From positions 3,168,001 through 3,232,000 of the forward strand of contig CBDASK010000003.1 in NCBI GenBank assembly GCA_965199495.1: 64,000 nucleotides of DNA. Direction: 5' to 3'. Source of the stretch: Abditibacterium sp. Its GTDB lineage: Bacteria; Armatimonadota; Abditibacteriia; Abditibacteriales; Abditibacteriaceae. This document shows positions 28,383 through 39,025 of the stretch, piece after piece; positions within the stretch are counted from its first letter, which is position 1; each line of letters begins with the position of its first letter. A program made the position numbers and the translations under genes. The notes under the pieces are model-generated. The model was given only the letters and a program-made list of their open reading frames with translations. It had not been told where the DNA came from and did not search any database.

Positions 28383-29642
28383 TCACTCCGCCGTCCTGTT
28401 CAAACCGGCAAACGAGTGCGCGCCATCACGGGCGAACGGCAAATCGGTGGGGCGACCGTTAGTGAAGACGATTTGATGCACATAAACGTCTTCGACGCGC
28501 AGGCTGGCCGCCGAAAATTGCAGATACAAACGCCACATTCGCACGAACTCAGCGCCGTATTTCGCCTCGACCCAATTCACCTCGCGCTCGAAATTTTCGG
28601 CCCATTTGTCGAGTGTGAGCGGATAATTCGGGCCTATATTTTCCACATCCCAGATAATTAAATCTTCGCGCGTCAGTTCGCGCACGATTTCGGAAATACC
28701 GGGAATATAGCCGCCGGGGAAAATATATTTGACCAGCCACGCGCTCGTCGGCTCCTCGACGATGCCGGTGATGCAGTGCAATAATCCGACGCCGCCCGGT
28801 TTGAGCAATTTTTTCAAAGCCGCGATATAGCCGGGCAAATTGTGACGCCCGACGTGTTCGGCCATGCCGACGCTGACGATTTTATCGAAACGCTCGCCGC
28901 GCTCAACGAGGGTTTGATAGTGCAACAATTCCATTTCGGCACTCGCGCCATCAGGCAGTTCGGGCCGATGCGCCTGAAACCATTCGAGTTGCTCTTGGCT
29001 GAGCGTAATTCCCAGCGCTTTAGCGCCTTTGTCGCGCGCGGCGCTCGCAATCAGCGCGCCCCAACCGCAACCGACATCGAGCAGAGTTTCGCCCGGCTGC
29101 AAGCGCAATTTGCTGAGAACGTGGCGAATTTTACGCTGTTGGGCGTCTTCCAAATCGCCGTTTCCGCCGTCGAAATAAGCGCACGAATAACTCATCGTCG
29201 GGTCGAGCCAGCGCCAGTAAAACTCGTTGCCCAAATCGTAATGATGACTGACATCGCGGCGGTGCGCGCCGATGGAAAGCGGGCGGGCGCGCGCGATAAT
29301 CGTCGCGGCGCCAAACAATCGCTCCAAAATCCACGGCATCGGCGCGTCGTTGGCGTCCAAAATCCGCAGCAAATCGTCGAGCGAACCATCAATTTCGATT
29401 TGGTCGCGCATGATCGCCTCGCCAAACGCGAGTTCCGGGTCAACCAGCAGACGCGGCACCAATTTCGCGTCGCGCAAACGCAGACCGACGCGCGGCAAAC
29501 CGTTTCCTAAAACAGCGCGCGTGCCGTCCCAAAATGTGAGATCAATGGTGCCGCCGCGCAGCTTGCGCCCGCCGCGCCGAATTAAACGTTTGTAAAGATT
29601 GATAGCAAATTCCTCGGTAGGCGCTGTTAAAATGCGCGCCAT
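28383..29642 (-). CDS. cfa: Cyclopropane-fatty-acyl-phospholipid synthase family methyltransferase
   Basis: HYDLGNEFY, MSYSCAYF, LDVGCGWG, SVGMAEHVG, YIFPGG, RMWRLYL. Confidence 0.92.
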   Translation of the reverse strand: MARILTAPTEEFAINLYKRLIRRGGRKLRGGTIDLTFWDGTRAVLGNGLPRVGLRLRDAKLVPRLLVDPELAFGEAIMRDQIEIDGSLDDLLRILDANDAPMPWILERLFGAATIIARARPLSIGAHRRDVSHHYDLGNEFYWRWLDPTMSYSCAYFDGGNGDLEDAQQRKIRHVLSKLRLQPGETLLDVGCGWGALIASAARDKGAKALGITLSQEQLEWFQAHRPELPDGASAEMELLHYQTLVERGERFDKIVSVGMAEHVGRHNLPGYIAALKKLLKPGGVGLLHCITGIVEEPTSAWLVKYIFPGGYIPGISEIVRELTREDLIIWDVENIGPNYPLTLDKWAENFEREVNWVEAKYGAEFVRMWRLYLQFSAASLRVEDVYVHQIVFTNGRPTDLPFARDGAHSFAGLNRTAE

Positions 29643-29731
29643 TGCCACCGAGTTTGCCAGAGCTAAAGCGTTTGGGGCATCGAATCTGAGCCGACTCTTA
29701 ACCGCGCGAAACGCGCCGTGCCACTACGAAA

Positions 29732-30550
29732 CTAAAACGACTGATTTTCATCGTTTTCGCGTGCCTGCGCCTCGCGAATCAAACGCCGTTCTTTAATCGA
29801 AACTTGAATCGCGCGAACCATCAACGGCCCCATCATCCAGAATATAATCCAAGTCAATAACAATAATTTTATCGGTTCGCCGATTTTAATATCATAGACA
29901 ATCACATAATAAGCTGGAACCATCGCGAGTGCAAGATAAAATATGGCCCACAAAAGCAACGTGCTGACGCGCACGATTTTCCACGTCAGTGATTTCCCCG
30001 ACCAATCCACGTTATTGAAACTTCTTACCGCTAACTCGTGTGTATTGGCGGGCACGAACGGTTTTTCAACTCGCTTGCCTTGTAATTGCGCTTCGACAAA
30101 ACGCCACAATTCGCGCCGTTGCACGATGATTTTGTTCGACGATTTAAGAACGTGGGCGAAACCTTGAAACACGATTTCGCCGCGCGCATTCAGCAGAACC
30201 GGTTCGACGTGGCTGCGTCGCTCAGCGTGATAGCGCGGGTTAAAATCGAGGTAATAACTTTCGACCTGTGACCAAAGCACACTTTGGCGAAAAAAGCCGT
30301 TGAATTGCGAAATCCCGTCGCGGTCGGCGCGAATAGAATAGCGCATGATCGGCCAAAAGCAAAAGAAAAATCCGCTCAAAAATAATCCGAGCGCAATCGC
30401 CAAAATTGGATGCGGCGCTGGCCCACTGAATATCGGCAGCCACGGCGAAACGCAACACGCCAAGCCCGCGACGATAAACGGCAAAGCGACGACCGAAGCA
30501 AATATTTTTTGCCACAGCGCGCTTTTGACTTCAACAAAATCGGATTGCAC
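29732..30550 (-). CDS. Hypothetical membrane protein (2 TM, PH-like region, 2 TM)
   Basis: Hydrophobicity pattern; GTG start 9 nt after the upstream stop. Confidence 0.7.
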   Translation of the reverse strand: MQSDFVEVKSALWQKIFASVVALPFIVAGLACCVSPWLPIFSGPAPHPILAIALGLFLSGFFFCFWPIMRYSIRADRDGISQFNGFFRQSVLWSQVESYYLDFNPRYHAERRSHVEPVLLNARGEIVFQGFAHVLKSSNKIIVQRRELWRFVEAQLQGKRVEKPFVPANTHELAVRSFNNVDWSGKSLTWKIVRVSTLLLWAIFYLALAMVPAYYVIVYDIKIGEPIKLLLLTWIIFWMMGPLMVRAIQVSIKERRLIREAQARENDENQSF

Positions 30551-30559
30551 TTTCGTAAG

Positions 30560-31732
30560 TTATTTCCGCGAAACGCGCCACAAACGGCCCATGCCGTCGT
30601 CGGTGAACAAAAGCGATCCGTCGGGCGCGATTTGCACGTCAACGGGCCGACCGACTTCGCTGCCGTTATCGTCCAAACCGGTCACGAAATCCGAAATTTT
30701 CGCTGGTTTGCCGCCCTCGAAATGAACGCGCACCAATTTATAGCCGGTTTTTTGCGAGCGATTCCACGAACCGTGAAACGCTAAAAACGCGTCGCCGTTG
30801 TAATCGGCGCCAAAAGTGCCGCCGCTCGTCGGGTAAAATGCCAAACCCAGCGCCGCCGAATGCGCCTGAACCGGGAAAGAAGGCGCCGTGGTTTGCGCGA
30901 CTTTGGCGGGATTTTTATCGCCAAACGTTGGGTCGGGATGAATTTTTCCTTCGATGTCGGTATAAGCGTAAGGCCATCCGTAAAATCCGCCGTCTTTGAC
31001 GCGCGTCAGATAATCGGGCGGTACGTCGTCGCCCAGATTATCGCGTTCGTTGACGACCGTCCATAATTCGTCCGATCCGGGCCGCAGCGCCAAACCGACG
31101 GGATTACGTAGACCCGACGCGTAAACGCGTTTGCCGCTGCCGTCGGGGTTCATCACCGAAATGGCGGCGCGTTGCGGATCGGATTCTTCGCAGGTGTTGC
31201 ACGACGAACCGACGGTAACAAACAGCTTGGTTTTGTCGCGATTCGCCAGCAGATTGCGCGTCCAATGTTGGTTGTAGCCGCCCTGCGTCAGTGTCGCGAC
31301 GCGTTGCGGTTGCGCGCTGGTTTCAGTTTCGCCGGTTGTGTAGGGCACTTTCACGACGGCGTCGGTGTTGCCGATGTAGAGCGAATCATTCAAGAACGCC
31401 AATCCATACGGTTGATTCAAACCTTCGATCCATTTGGTGCGTTTAGTGGTTTTGCCGTCTTCGATGCGCACGAGGGAAACGCGATTGGCTTTGCTTTCGG
31501 CGATGAGAATATCGTATTTTTGCGCGGTCGCGCCCGGCGCAAAGGCGATGCGGCGCGGCACGGTGAAATTGTCGGCCACGACTTCGATTTTGAAACCTTC
31601 GGGCACTCGCGTCCCGAACGGCCCACTCACTGTGCCCGGCGTGGCGGGATTGGCGGGCCGACTGCCGCCGCCCGATGAGCAGCCAGCAAACAAAACGATG
31701 CCCAGCAATGGCAAGAAAATTGGCTTTAACAT
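30560..31732 (-). CDS. PQQ-dependent sugar/sorbosone dehydrogenase family lipoprotein
   Basis: Lipobox FAGC; HWTR, GLRNPVG, NERDNLGDD.PPDY, HSAALG, HGSWNR, GRPVDV. Confidence 0.92.
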   Translation of the reverse strand: MLKPIFLPLLGIVLFAGCSSGGGSRPANPATPGTVSGPFGTRVPEGFKIEVVADNFTVPRRIAFAPGATAQKYDILIAESKANRVSLVRIEDGKTTKRTKWIEGLNQPYGLAFLNDSLYIGNTDAVVKVPYTTGETETSAQPQRVATLTQGGYNQHWTRNLLANRDKTKLFVTVGSSCNTCEESDPQRAAISVMNPDGSGKRVYASGLRNPVGLALRPGSDELWTVVNERDNLGDDVPPDYLTRVKDGGFYGWPYAYTDIEGKIHPDPTFGDKNPAKVAQTTAPSFPVQAHSAALGLAFYPTSGGTFGADYNGDAFLAFHGSWNRSQKTGYKLVRVHFEGGKPAKISDFVTGLDDNGSEVGRPVDVQIAPDGSLLFTDDGMGRLWRVSRK

Positions 31733-31785
31733 TGAGGTAAATGGACAATTGAAGCGCGCGTGCGTTCTGTCAATCGTGTAAGTTC

Positions 31786-31830
31786 AAAAACAGAAAAGCT
31801 CGCAGCAAACGCCGCGAGCTTTTCTGTTTT
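31786..31830. terminator. Intrinsic terminator
   Basis: AAAAACAGAAAAGCTCGC-AGCAAACGCC-GCGAGCTTTTCTGTTTT. Confidence 0.75.
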
Positions 31831-33796
31831 ACCGTCGCACGAACGGCTGTTTCTCTTCGCGGAAACCGCCGCCGTTTTTATCATAAAGCCACAACGTTTC
31901 TTTGTTGCGGCCCTCTTTGTGCGAAAACACGCCATAACTGCTTAAAACCGAAGCCATCAGGCGCTTGGAAGTGCGGCGAACGACGTTGACTTCGGCCCAC
32001 AGCGACGGCAAAGTCATGCCCGCCGGATGATCTTCGACCAGGCGCGAGAGCAATTCAAAGAGCGACATTCGGGCGGCGGGTTTGCGCAAATCTTCCAATT
32101 CGTGCAAGCGCCGCGGTGTCATGAACGTTTCGGCGTTAGGCCGATCCACGCTGATTTCGATGCCTTTGTCGGTGCGCTCGAACTTAATTGTGCCGCCCGA
32201 TGGCGGCAGATTTTCGTCGAACCACTGGCCCATTTCGTAAACGATGCCGATGGCGCGCGCGACCCAGACTTCCAAGTTTTCGTCGTCTTCGGGATCGTGA
32301 AATTTGAACTGCACAAACGGTTCGGTCATGCCGAAAAACGCGCGATCCACGCCGCGAATTTTGACCGTGCCACTGCGAATGTGATGGTTGAGCATCACGA
32401 TTTTGGTTTCGGTCGGCGTTTTGTCCGATTCGGGCAGAGCCGACACTTCGATTTCCTCGCCGATGTCTTCCCACATCGGATCGTGAACGAAAGCGGCGGC
32501 GCCGCCATCTAAACCGGCGTCGTCGAGCGCATAATCGAACGGCGCGTCGGTTTTCGGATCAACGATTTGCAGCGCAATTGGCAACAGAGTTTCGGGCACG
32601 ACTCCGACATAAGGCGGCACTTCGGCGCCGCGCGCCGCCAAATCGAGCGATTCTGGCGTTGGCTCGGCTTCGACTGCGGCGACTTCCGGTGCGGCGTTTT
32701 CGACTTCGCCCTCGGATGCAGCCACGGCGGCGGTCTCCGTTTCAACTTCGGCTTGCGGCGCCGCGATTTCGGCGGTCGGTTCGTTGGCGGCGGCGACGAT
32801 GGTTTCGGTTTCCGATTGCGCGGCGGGCGCGATGAGTTCGCCCAACCATTCCTGGGTGAGCGCGCGCAAATCGGGGATTTGGGCTTGCAGCGTGACGAAA
32901 CCGTCAATGAGCGGCTGGAACAACGCGCGGTCGTTGAGCGTGGCTGCCAATTCGCGCGGCGAGAATTGGCCGGGCGCGTTGCAATGCACGAAAAATCCGA
33001 TGACCTTTTGGTTGAGCGGGCCGCCGGTGAATTCCATCAATTCGAGCGCGATGGCGCTCGGATCGGTCGCGCTAATTTCGGCGAATTCGCGCAAGCCCTG
33101 AAAATCGGGATCGCGGCTCAAACGGTTCTCGCGAATCAGCATTTCGTCGTCGGGCGCGCCCATACGCAACATCCAATTCTCGTGCAGATAAATGCCCGGC
33201 GCAATCGGAATCGCCCAGCGCAGAGTTTTGATGATGCCGTTGACGATATTTTTTAGATTCGGATCGTGCGAGTGCAGCATCAAACTAACTTCGCGCGCGA
33301 TGACCGGAACCGGCAACGGCTTTCCAACCGCCAGCAAAAGCTCGCGAATCAACGATTCGATGGGCGCGCGGGCGCGGTCTTCGCGGCTCTGGTTGCGGCG
33401 CTTGCTGTGCCAGATCAAATTCCATGCGCCATCGTCGAAGCGCACGCGCTTCGATTTGCTCAGCGCCTGACCGATGGCGGGCAACGGCAACGACCAACCT
33501 TCGGCGCGTTCGGCCAGTTTTTCGGACGTGAGCGCGTGGCCCGCCGAAAGCAGCGAAGTCACGACGAAATCTTCCAGAAAAAGCAGGGCCGGAGAAAACT
33601 CTTCTTCGTGTTCCGGCTCCGGTTCAACGATAACTTCGGGAGTGGGCGCGACTTCGGCAACAGCATCTGTGGCGGCAGTTTCGGTTTTTGCCGCGCTTTT
33701 GCGTTTGCGCGGGGCGCGCTTGCGAGGCGGTCTGGGGGAATCTTCGGGAGCGGAACTGGGGGACAACTCGATCTGTTCTGTTTCTAATGTGGGCAT
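31829..33796 (-). CDS. Large conserved hypothetical protein (possible winged-helix modules, acidic linker)
   Basis: 655-aa ORF with typical codon usage; no recognisable catalytic motif. Confidence 0.8.
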   Translation of the reverse strand: MPTLETEQIELSPSSAPEDSPRPPRKRAPRKRKSAAKTETAATDAVAEVAPTPEVIVEPEPEHEEEFSPALLFLEDFVVTSLLSAGHALTSEKLAERAEGWSLPLPAIGQALSKSKRVRFDDGAWNLIWHSKRRNQSREDRARAPIESLIRELLLAVGKPLPVPVIAREVSLMLHSHDPNLKNIVNGIIKTLRWAIPIAPGIYLHENWMLRMGAPDDEMLIRENRLSRDPDFQGLREFAEISATDPSAIALELMEFTGGPLNQKVIGFFVHCNAPGQFSPRELAATLNDRALFQPLIDGFVTLQAQIPDLRALTQEWLGELIAPAAQSETETIVAAANEPTAEIAAPQAEVETETAAVAASEGEVENAAPEVAAVEAEPTPESLDLAARGAEVPPYVGVVPETLLPIALQIVDPKTDAPFDYALDDAGLDGGAAAFVHDPMWEDIGEEIEVSALPESDKTPTETKIVMLNHHIRSGTVKIRGVDRAFFGMTEPFVQFKFHDPEDDENLEVWVARAIGIVYEMGQWFDENLPPSGGTIKFERTDKGIEISVDRPNAETFMTPRRLHELEDLRKPAARMSLFELLSRLVEDHPAGMTLPSLWAEVNVVRRTSKRLMASVLSSYGVFSHKEGRNKETLWLYDKNGGGFREEKQPFVRR

Positions 33797-34020
33797 ATGG
33801 CGGGCGAAAACCTCGAATGACGCGCTAAACGGCAAACAACCCGGACGCTTTTCATATAAACGTGCCGGGATGCTCCAGACGGGTGGGCGCCGATGGGGTT
33901 GCAATTGGCAATTGCGCGAAACTGGCAGTATAACCGGATGCCAGATTTCGGATGTCAGATTTCAGATAACGGAAATGAGAATCGTAGGCCCTTGCCCCAT
34001 GACAGAGCGATCCTATAATC

Positions 34021-34056
34021 AAAAAGTCCGCGACAATTCAATTGTCGCGGACTTTT
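34021..34056. terminator. Intrinsic terminator flanked by inverted heptamer repeats
   Basis: AAAAAGTCCGCGACAAT-TCA-ATTGTCGCGGACTTTT. Confidence 0.8.
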
Positions 34057-34088
34057 ATCTGATTATCCGAAATCTGTCATCCGAAATC

Positions 34089-35633
34089 TTAGCGGCGGGC
34101 GCCGACGAAGATGTTCCAGTTGCGGCCTTGAAACAGTTTGGAGACCATGACTTTGCGGCCCGACCCCGAAGCGTGAACGAACAATCCGTCGCCCATGTAA
34201 AGTCCGGTGTGGTCAACGCGCGTGCCCGACGCCGAGAAATACAAACGGTCGCCCGGTTGCAGGTTGGCCGGATCAACGGCCTGACCGACTTTGGCCTGTT
34301 CTGCCGCCGTGCGCGGCAGGTTGATGCCGCACGATTTGAACGAATTCTGGATCATCGCCGAGCAGTCAATGCCGTTGCGTCCGGTGCCGCCATAGACGTA
34401 GCGTGTGCCCAGCCAACGCAGCGCCTGCGCGACGGTTCTGCTGCGCGTCGAGTAAGCGCCGACGTTATAAACCGCGTCGCCGCCCGGCCCATCGAGCGGA
34501 CGGATTTGCTGCGAAACGTCCAATGTCTGGTCTGTCATACGCAGATATTTGGTCGGCACCCAACCGGTCGAATGATCGCTCATTAAAACCGCCGACCACA
34601 TGCCCTTGGAAGTCAAAACTGCCAACTGGCTGCCCTGCGGGCACTGGAACAACATCGCCGCCGAAGGTTCGGGAATGCGACGAATCGCCGCGCCCGATAG
34701 AGCCACGTCGGCCACGCGGGCGATGTTGGCGCCCGTCACGACCGGCTGCGACACCACATCGGGCGCGGCCATGCCCACGCGCGGGGCGGGCGCATCTTCG
34801 TTGGAAGGCAAAACTCGCACGCCGCCACCCATCGCGGTGCGCGCCAACTGGCCGTAGCCGCCGCGCGAGGCCAAAACGCCGCGCGAACCGGGGCCAAAAA
34901 CCGGAGCTTTGTCGGGAGTCGCGTCTTTGGCAACCGGCAAGTTGGTTTCGGTCGCGGTATAAACGCCGTCGCCCAGCGAACGCGGCGCGAAGTTGGGCGT
35001 GATAATCGGCGGCATCTTTTGCGCCACGGTCGAAACCGTTGGGAACGCGCGCGCCGTCGTGGCGATGCGCTGCGCCGTGGCGGGAGCGGTATAACTGGTT
35101 CTATCGAGCGGCACGACAATGGTCGCACCAGCCACGAGCGCGATGCTGTTGTTGCGATTGCGCAGTGAATCGGCGCTGACATCGTAGCCCGCCGAACTAT
35201 AGCGCGCGGCGATGGCTTCCCACGAATCGCCCAGACGAACGGTTTCGCTCATGGTGCGCGCGATGAAGCCGGAGCCGGTGGCTGATGCGCCGCCCAGAGA
35301 GGAGCCGAACGCGTTGGCGCTTGCGTTGGTCGAGGCAATGGGCGAAGCTGTGTTGGTTAAACCGGTCAGAGCGGATTCGCTCCCAGCTTGAATGCCGGGC
35401 ACGCGCAAAAGCATGGCGGGCAAATAGGCGCTATCTTCGCCTTTGAGGCCGTTGGCCGTCCGCAAATCGCTCGTCGAAACGTGATATTTGGCGGCGACAG
35501 ACGACAATGTTTCGCCTTGAGCGACAGCGTGGTAAACGTCAGCACGCGCCATTGGCGCGGAAACAGCTAAAAGACCACAGAACAAAAATCCGCTAACGGA
35601 TACAGCTTGCACAGTTAAACGACCATTACGCAT
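34089..35633 (-). CDS. LysM-SH3-NlpC/P60 peptidoglycan endopeptidase
   Basis: Signal peptide; LysM (YHAVAQGETLSSVA), second LysM-like unit, SH3b (GWVPTKY), NlpC/P60 (YVYGG..GIDCS..LPRTA..HTGLY..HAS). Confidence 0.92.
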   Translation of the reverse strand: MRNGRLTVQAVSVSGFLFCGLLAVSAPMARADVYHAVAQGETLSSVAAKYHVSTSDLRTANGLKGEDSAYLPAMLLRVPGIQAGSESALTGLTNTASPIASTNASANAFGSSLGGASATGSGFIARTMSETVRLGDSWEAIAARYSSAGYDVSADSLRNRNNSIALVAGATIVVPLDRTSYTAPATAQRIATTARAFPTVSTVAQKMPPIITPNFAPRSLGDGVYTATETNLPVAKDATPDKAPVFGPGSRGVLASRGGYGQLARTAMGGGVRVLPSNEDAPAPRVGMAAPDVVSQPVVTGANIARVADVALSGAAIRRIPEPSAAMLFQCPQGSQLAVLTSKGMWSAVLMSDHSTGWVPTKYLRMTDQTLDVSQQIRPLDGPGGDAVYNVGAYSTRSRTVAQALRWLGTRYVYGGTGRNGIDCSAMIQNSFKSCGINLPRTAAEQAKVGQAVDPANLQPGDRLYFSASGTRVDHTGLYMGDGLFVHASGSGRKVMVSKLFQGRNWNIFVGARR

Positions 35634-35860
35634 GAAATCACCTTGAAATTTCCCAGCCGGGATGGAGCCGCGAAAGACTCTCGTCGTGCTTCACCTTTCG
35701 TTGGAATTGCGCTGCGCATTGATAATCAAGGGCAACGAGCGAAAGACGAATTGAAAAATGGGTTCCTTTGGTTCGCGTTTGTGGCAACAATCCCAACTTC
35801 AGAGGGACTGTCAGGTAAAGATGAGCCAAGAAAAAGCTCTGCTTTGCCACAGTTGCGGAA

Positions 35861-35889
35861 ATTTTACCCCGAACTTTCTTTCAACACAA
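35861..35889 (-). promoter_or_regulatory. Putative sigma70 promoter of the NlpC/P60 gene (5' UTR about 220 nt)
   Basis: Minus strand TTGTGT-17-TAAAAT. Confidence 0.45.
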
Positions 35890-36069
35890 GTCAAAATTTC
35901 TGATTTCCCCCTTGCTCCATTTTTGCCGTTCACGCTGAAAATGGGCGCCGAGAGTGAAATCGCGAAAAATTTAAAATTGGATTTTTCGGGAAATTTCGCT
36001 TTATCGCGCGAAAAATTTGGGCAATTTGGGGAGTTGGTTGCGAAGAGATTATCAAATGCAAACTTCGTT

Positions 36070-36534
36070 TTAATCTCGCTTCAATAAATCCAGCCGCATC
36101 CGCAAATGCGGCCCAATGCCCTGAATTTCGAACACTTCGCCCACGCCAATGAATCCTTCGCGGCGATACAGTTCGACGGCGCGCACACGCGCGTTGCACC
36201 ACAAAACCGGTGCGTTTTCCTCGCGCGCCGCTTCAATACAGCGCAACACAATCGCGCGTCCGATGCCGCGTCCGCGCTGATTTTCGCTGACCGACATTCC
36301 ACGCAATTGCCAGCCACCGGGCGTGGCTCCTTCCGAATCGATATCGTTTGGCTCGGAGTTGGGCGAAATATATCCGGCGCCGACGAGTTCGCCTTCAGCA
36401 AACGCGCCGAAATGACGCGAGCCGGGCGGATTATTATCGTGAAAATTCACTTGTTCGACGGGAATGCCCGCGCGCAAAACGGCGGCGCGTAAGCTAAAAG
36501 TTTGGGCGGCAGAGAGTTCGACAATTTCGATCAT
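36070..36534 (-). CDS. GNAT family N-acetyltransferase
   Basis: [30 protein letters not shown]...GF. Confidence 0.9.
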   Translation of the reverse strand: MIEIVELSAAQTFSLRAAVLRAGIPVEQVNFHDNNPPGSRHFGAFAEGELVGAGYISPNSEPNDIDSEGATPGGWQLRGMSVSENQRGRGIGRAIVLRCIEAAREENAPVLWCNARVRAVELYRREGFIGVGEVFEIQGIGPHLRMRLDLLKRD

Positions 36535-36612
36535 CGCAGGAGATTTTATCCTTTTGGCGCGATTTTTGGTGGTATTAAAGGGCTTCCCCACACAAGGAGA
36601 AACTCAAAAATT

Positions 36613-37617
36613 ATGGCAAGACCAGTAACACTCTTCACCGGACAATGGGCGGATTTGCCGCTCAGCGAACTCGCGCCGCGCGCCAAAGAAATGGGCTTCG
36701 ACGGCCTCGAACTCGCCTGTTGGGGCGATCATTTCGATGTCTCGAAAGGCGCCACAGACCAAGTCTATTGCGACGCGCAAAAGAAAATTTTGAGCGACAA
36801 CGGTTTGCAACTGTTCACGATTTCCAACCATTTGGTCGGTCAGGCGGTTTCGGACAAAATTGACGAGCGCCACAAAGCGATTTTGCCCGATCACGTCTGG
36901 GGCGACGGCGATCCCAAAGGCGTCAATCAGCGCGCCGCGCAGGAAATGATGGACACCGCGCGCGCGGCCAAAAACTTGGGCATTCAAACCGTTTGCGGCT
37001 TTACCGGCTCTTCGATTTGGCCGTATTTGTATTCGTTCCCGCCGGTTCCGCCCGCGTGGATTGACAAAGGTTACGAAGATTTCGCCGCCGACTGGAATCC
37101 GATTTTGGACGTGTTCGACGAATGCGGCGTTAAGTTCGCCTTGGAAGTTCACCCGACCGAAATCGCGTTTGATTTGGTGACGGCGCAACGTGCTTTGGAC
37201 GCATTAGATAATCGCGAAGCGTTCGGTTTCAATTACGATCCATCGCATTTGGGTTATCAACACGTCGCCTATGTAGATTTCATTCGCGAGTTTGCCGACC
37301 GGATTTATCACGTTCACATGAAAGACGTTTACTGGTCGAGTTCGATGCAGCGTAGCGGCGTTTTCGGCGGCCATTTGCCGTTTGGCGATTGGCGCCGTTA
37401 TTGGGATTTTCGCTCGCTTGGCCACGGCAAAATTGATTTCGAGGAGATCATTCGCGCGCTTAACTCGATTGACTATCAAGGCCCGCTTTCCATCGAATGG
37501 GAAGATTCCGGCATGGACCGGTTTCACGGCGCGACCGAAGCGGCGGCGTTCACCAAAAACGCCGATTTCAAGCCGTCCGAGCGCGCGTTTGACGCGGCGT
37601 TCGACGACCAAAATTAA
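36613..37617 (+). CDS. Sugar phosphate isomerase/epimerase (xylose-isomerase-like TIM barrel)
   Basis: [42 protein letters not shown]. Confidence 0.9.
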   Translation: MARPVTLFTGQWADLPLSELAPRAKEMGFDGLELACWGDHFDVSKGATDQVYCDAQKKILSDNGLQLFTISNHLVGQAVSDKIDERHKAILPDHVWGDGDPKGVNQRAAQEMMDTARAAKNLGIQTVCGFTGSSIWPYLYSFPPVPPAWIDKGYEDFAADWNPILDVFDECGVKFALEVHPTEIAFDLVTAQRALDALDNREAFGFNYDPSHLGYQHVAYVDFIREFADRIYHVHMKDVYWSSSMQRSGVFGGHLPFGDWRRYWDFRSLGHGKIDFEEIIRALNSIDYQGPLSIEWEDSGMDRFHGATEAAAFTKNADFKPSERAFDAAFDDQN

Positions 37618-37627
37618 GATGTTACCA

Positions 37628-37670
37628 ACAGAGATGCCGCTTCAATTCGTGAAGCGGCATCTCTGTTTTT
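37628..37670 (+). terminator. Intrinsic terminator
   Basis: ACAGAGATGCCGCTTCA-ATTCG-TGAAGCGGCATCTCTGTTTTT. Confidence 0.8.
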
Positions 37671-37724
37671 GGTGACTGGCAGACGCGCAAATTTTTTGTT
37701 GGCGTGATATAAATAAATGGAATT

Positions 37725-38132
37725 ATGAACACACAAATCGAATCGCATCAGGAGAAGACAAGCTCGGATGTGCGCGTGCAGGCGACCGCTAAAATCTGGG
37801 TTTTTTCCATCGCGATTATGGGCGTCGCCATTCCCATCACGGCGATTACGGGAAGCGTATTAATTCCAGCGTTGGTCGCCATTAGCCCGGCGTTGGCGAC
37901 GGCGGCGGTCTGGTATTTCGGCGCCCAGAGCCACAACATTCCAACGCCGAGTTCTGCTGACAATCGCGCGGAGCGTGTTGGCGCGCAACGCATCGCAGAG
38001 TTGGAAGAGCGTCTGGCCAATCTGGAAACCATCGATAATTTCGAGCGCCGTTTGGCCGAAGAAAGTTTGAAACGCGACAACGACAAAACCGATCTCGCAA
38101 AACACATCCAGCCCCAATTGGAAACGCAATGA
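37725..38132 (+). CDS. Hypothetical membrane protein (2 TM plus coiled coil)
   Basis: Two TM segments, then IAELEERLANLETI (PspB-like coil). Confidence 0.75.
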   Translation: MNTQIESHQEKTSSDVRVQATAKIWVFSIAIMGVAIPITAITGSVLIPALVAISPALATAAVWYFGAQSHNIPTPSSADNRAERVGAQRIAELEERLANLETIDNFERRLAEESLKRDNDKTDLAKHIQPQLETQ

Positions 38133-38203
38133 ACGTTCTCGCGCACAACAGAACCTCGCGCTTTTAAACGAACGCCCGTTACTCCCACGCGTAAATTTGC
38201 GCC

Positions 38204-38887
38204 ATGAAACTCTCTCGTCGTCGCGCACTCGTTGCTGCTTGCACTTTTGTCGCGTTGACAGCAGCCACGGCGACTTTGCCCGCGCCGTTCAATCCGCAAT
38301 TTATCGCGAATTATTTTGGAATTTCGCCGCGTCGCAATCAAACGCCATTAAAACCACAAAGTGCGACGGCGGCGAAGATTTTAGCGGGCGCCAAATCACA
38401 AATCGGCACGCATTACGACGCGAGTTACCAAACGATTGCCTATCCGATGGGCGACGTGGCTGCATCGAAGGGCGCCTGCACCGATGTCGTAATTCGCGCT
38501 TTGCGCAACGCCGGATTCGACCTGCAAAAGCGCATTCACGACGACATGACCGCGCGCTTCAACGCTTATCCCAAAACATGGGGATTGGATGCGCCTAATC
38601 CAAATATTGATCATCGGCGCGTGCCCAATCAAATAGTTTATTTCGCCAAATATGGGCGCGAACTGCCGCTTTCGACGAGCCGCGAAAATTTAAAAAGTTG
38701 GCAAGTCGGCGACATCGTTTATTGGAACACGGGCAATGCGGACAACACGCGTTTGCATACCGGCATCGTTTCCGACACGCGCGATTGGCGCGGTTTGCCC
38801 TACGTGATTCATAACGGCAGCATCTGCATCGAAGACGATGCGCTGGATCGCTGGCCGATTATCGGACATTTTCGTTTTCCGAAATAG
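38204..38887 (+). CDS. DUF1287 (YijF-like) exported protein
   Basis: YD.SY..I.YP.GDV....G.CTDVVIRA...DLQ..IH...NIDHRRVPN. Confidence 0.9.
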   Translation: MKLSRRRALVAACTFVALTAATATLPAPFNPQFIANYFGISPRRNQTPLKPQSATAAKILAGAKSQIGTHYDASYQTIAYPMGDVAASKGACTDVVIRALRNAGFDLQKRIHDDMTARFNAYPKTWGLDAPNPNIDHRRVPNQIVYFAKYGRELPLSTSRENLKSWQVGDIVYWNTGNADNTRLHTGIVSDTRDWRGLPYVIHNGSICIEDDALDRWPIIGHFRFPK

Positions 38888-39025
38888 AAATAGCCACAGA
38901 GGGCACAGAGAAGCACAGAGGGGGAACAAAGAAATTTGATAGAAAAAGGAAAGCAATTTCTGCTCTTTTTAAATTTCTTTGTTCCCCCTCTGTGCTTCTC
39001 TGTGCCCTCTGTGGCTATTTCTATT
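38883..39025. repeat. Long perfect inverted repeat (55-bp arms, CACAGAG units) between convergent genes
   Basis: AATAGAAATAGCCACAGAGGGCACAGAGAAGCACAGAGGGGGAACAAAGAAATTT and its reverse complement. Confidence 0.92.

Noticed and set aside
35640..35860. c-di-AMP riboswitch upstream of NlpC/P60
   Set aside because: No GGGG.GAA or CCGTCAGCTAAC consensus; kept only as an unclassified structured leader.
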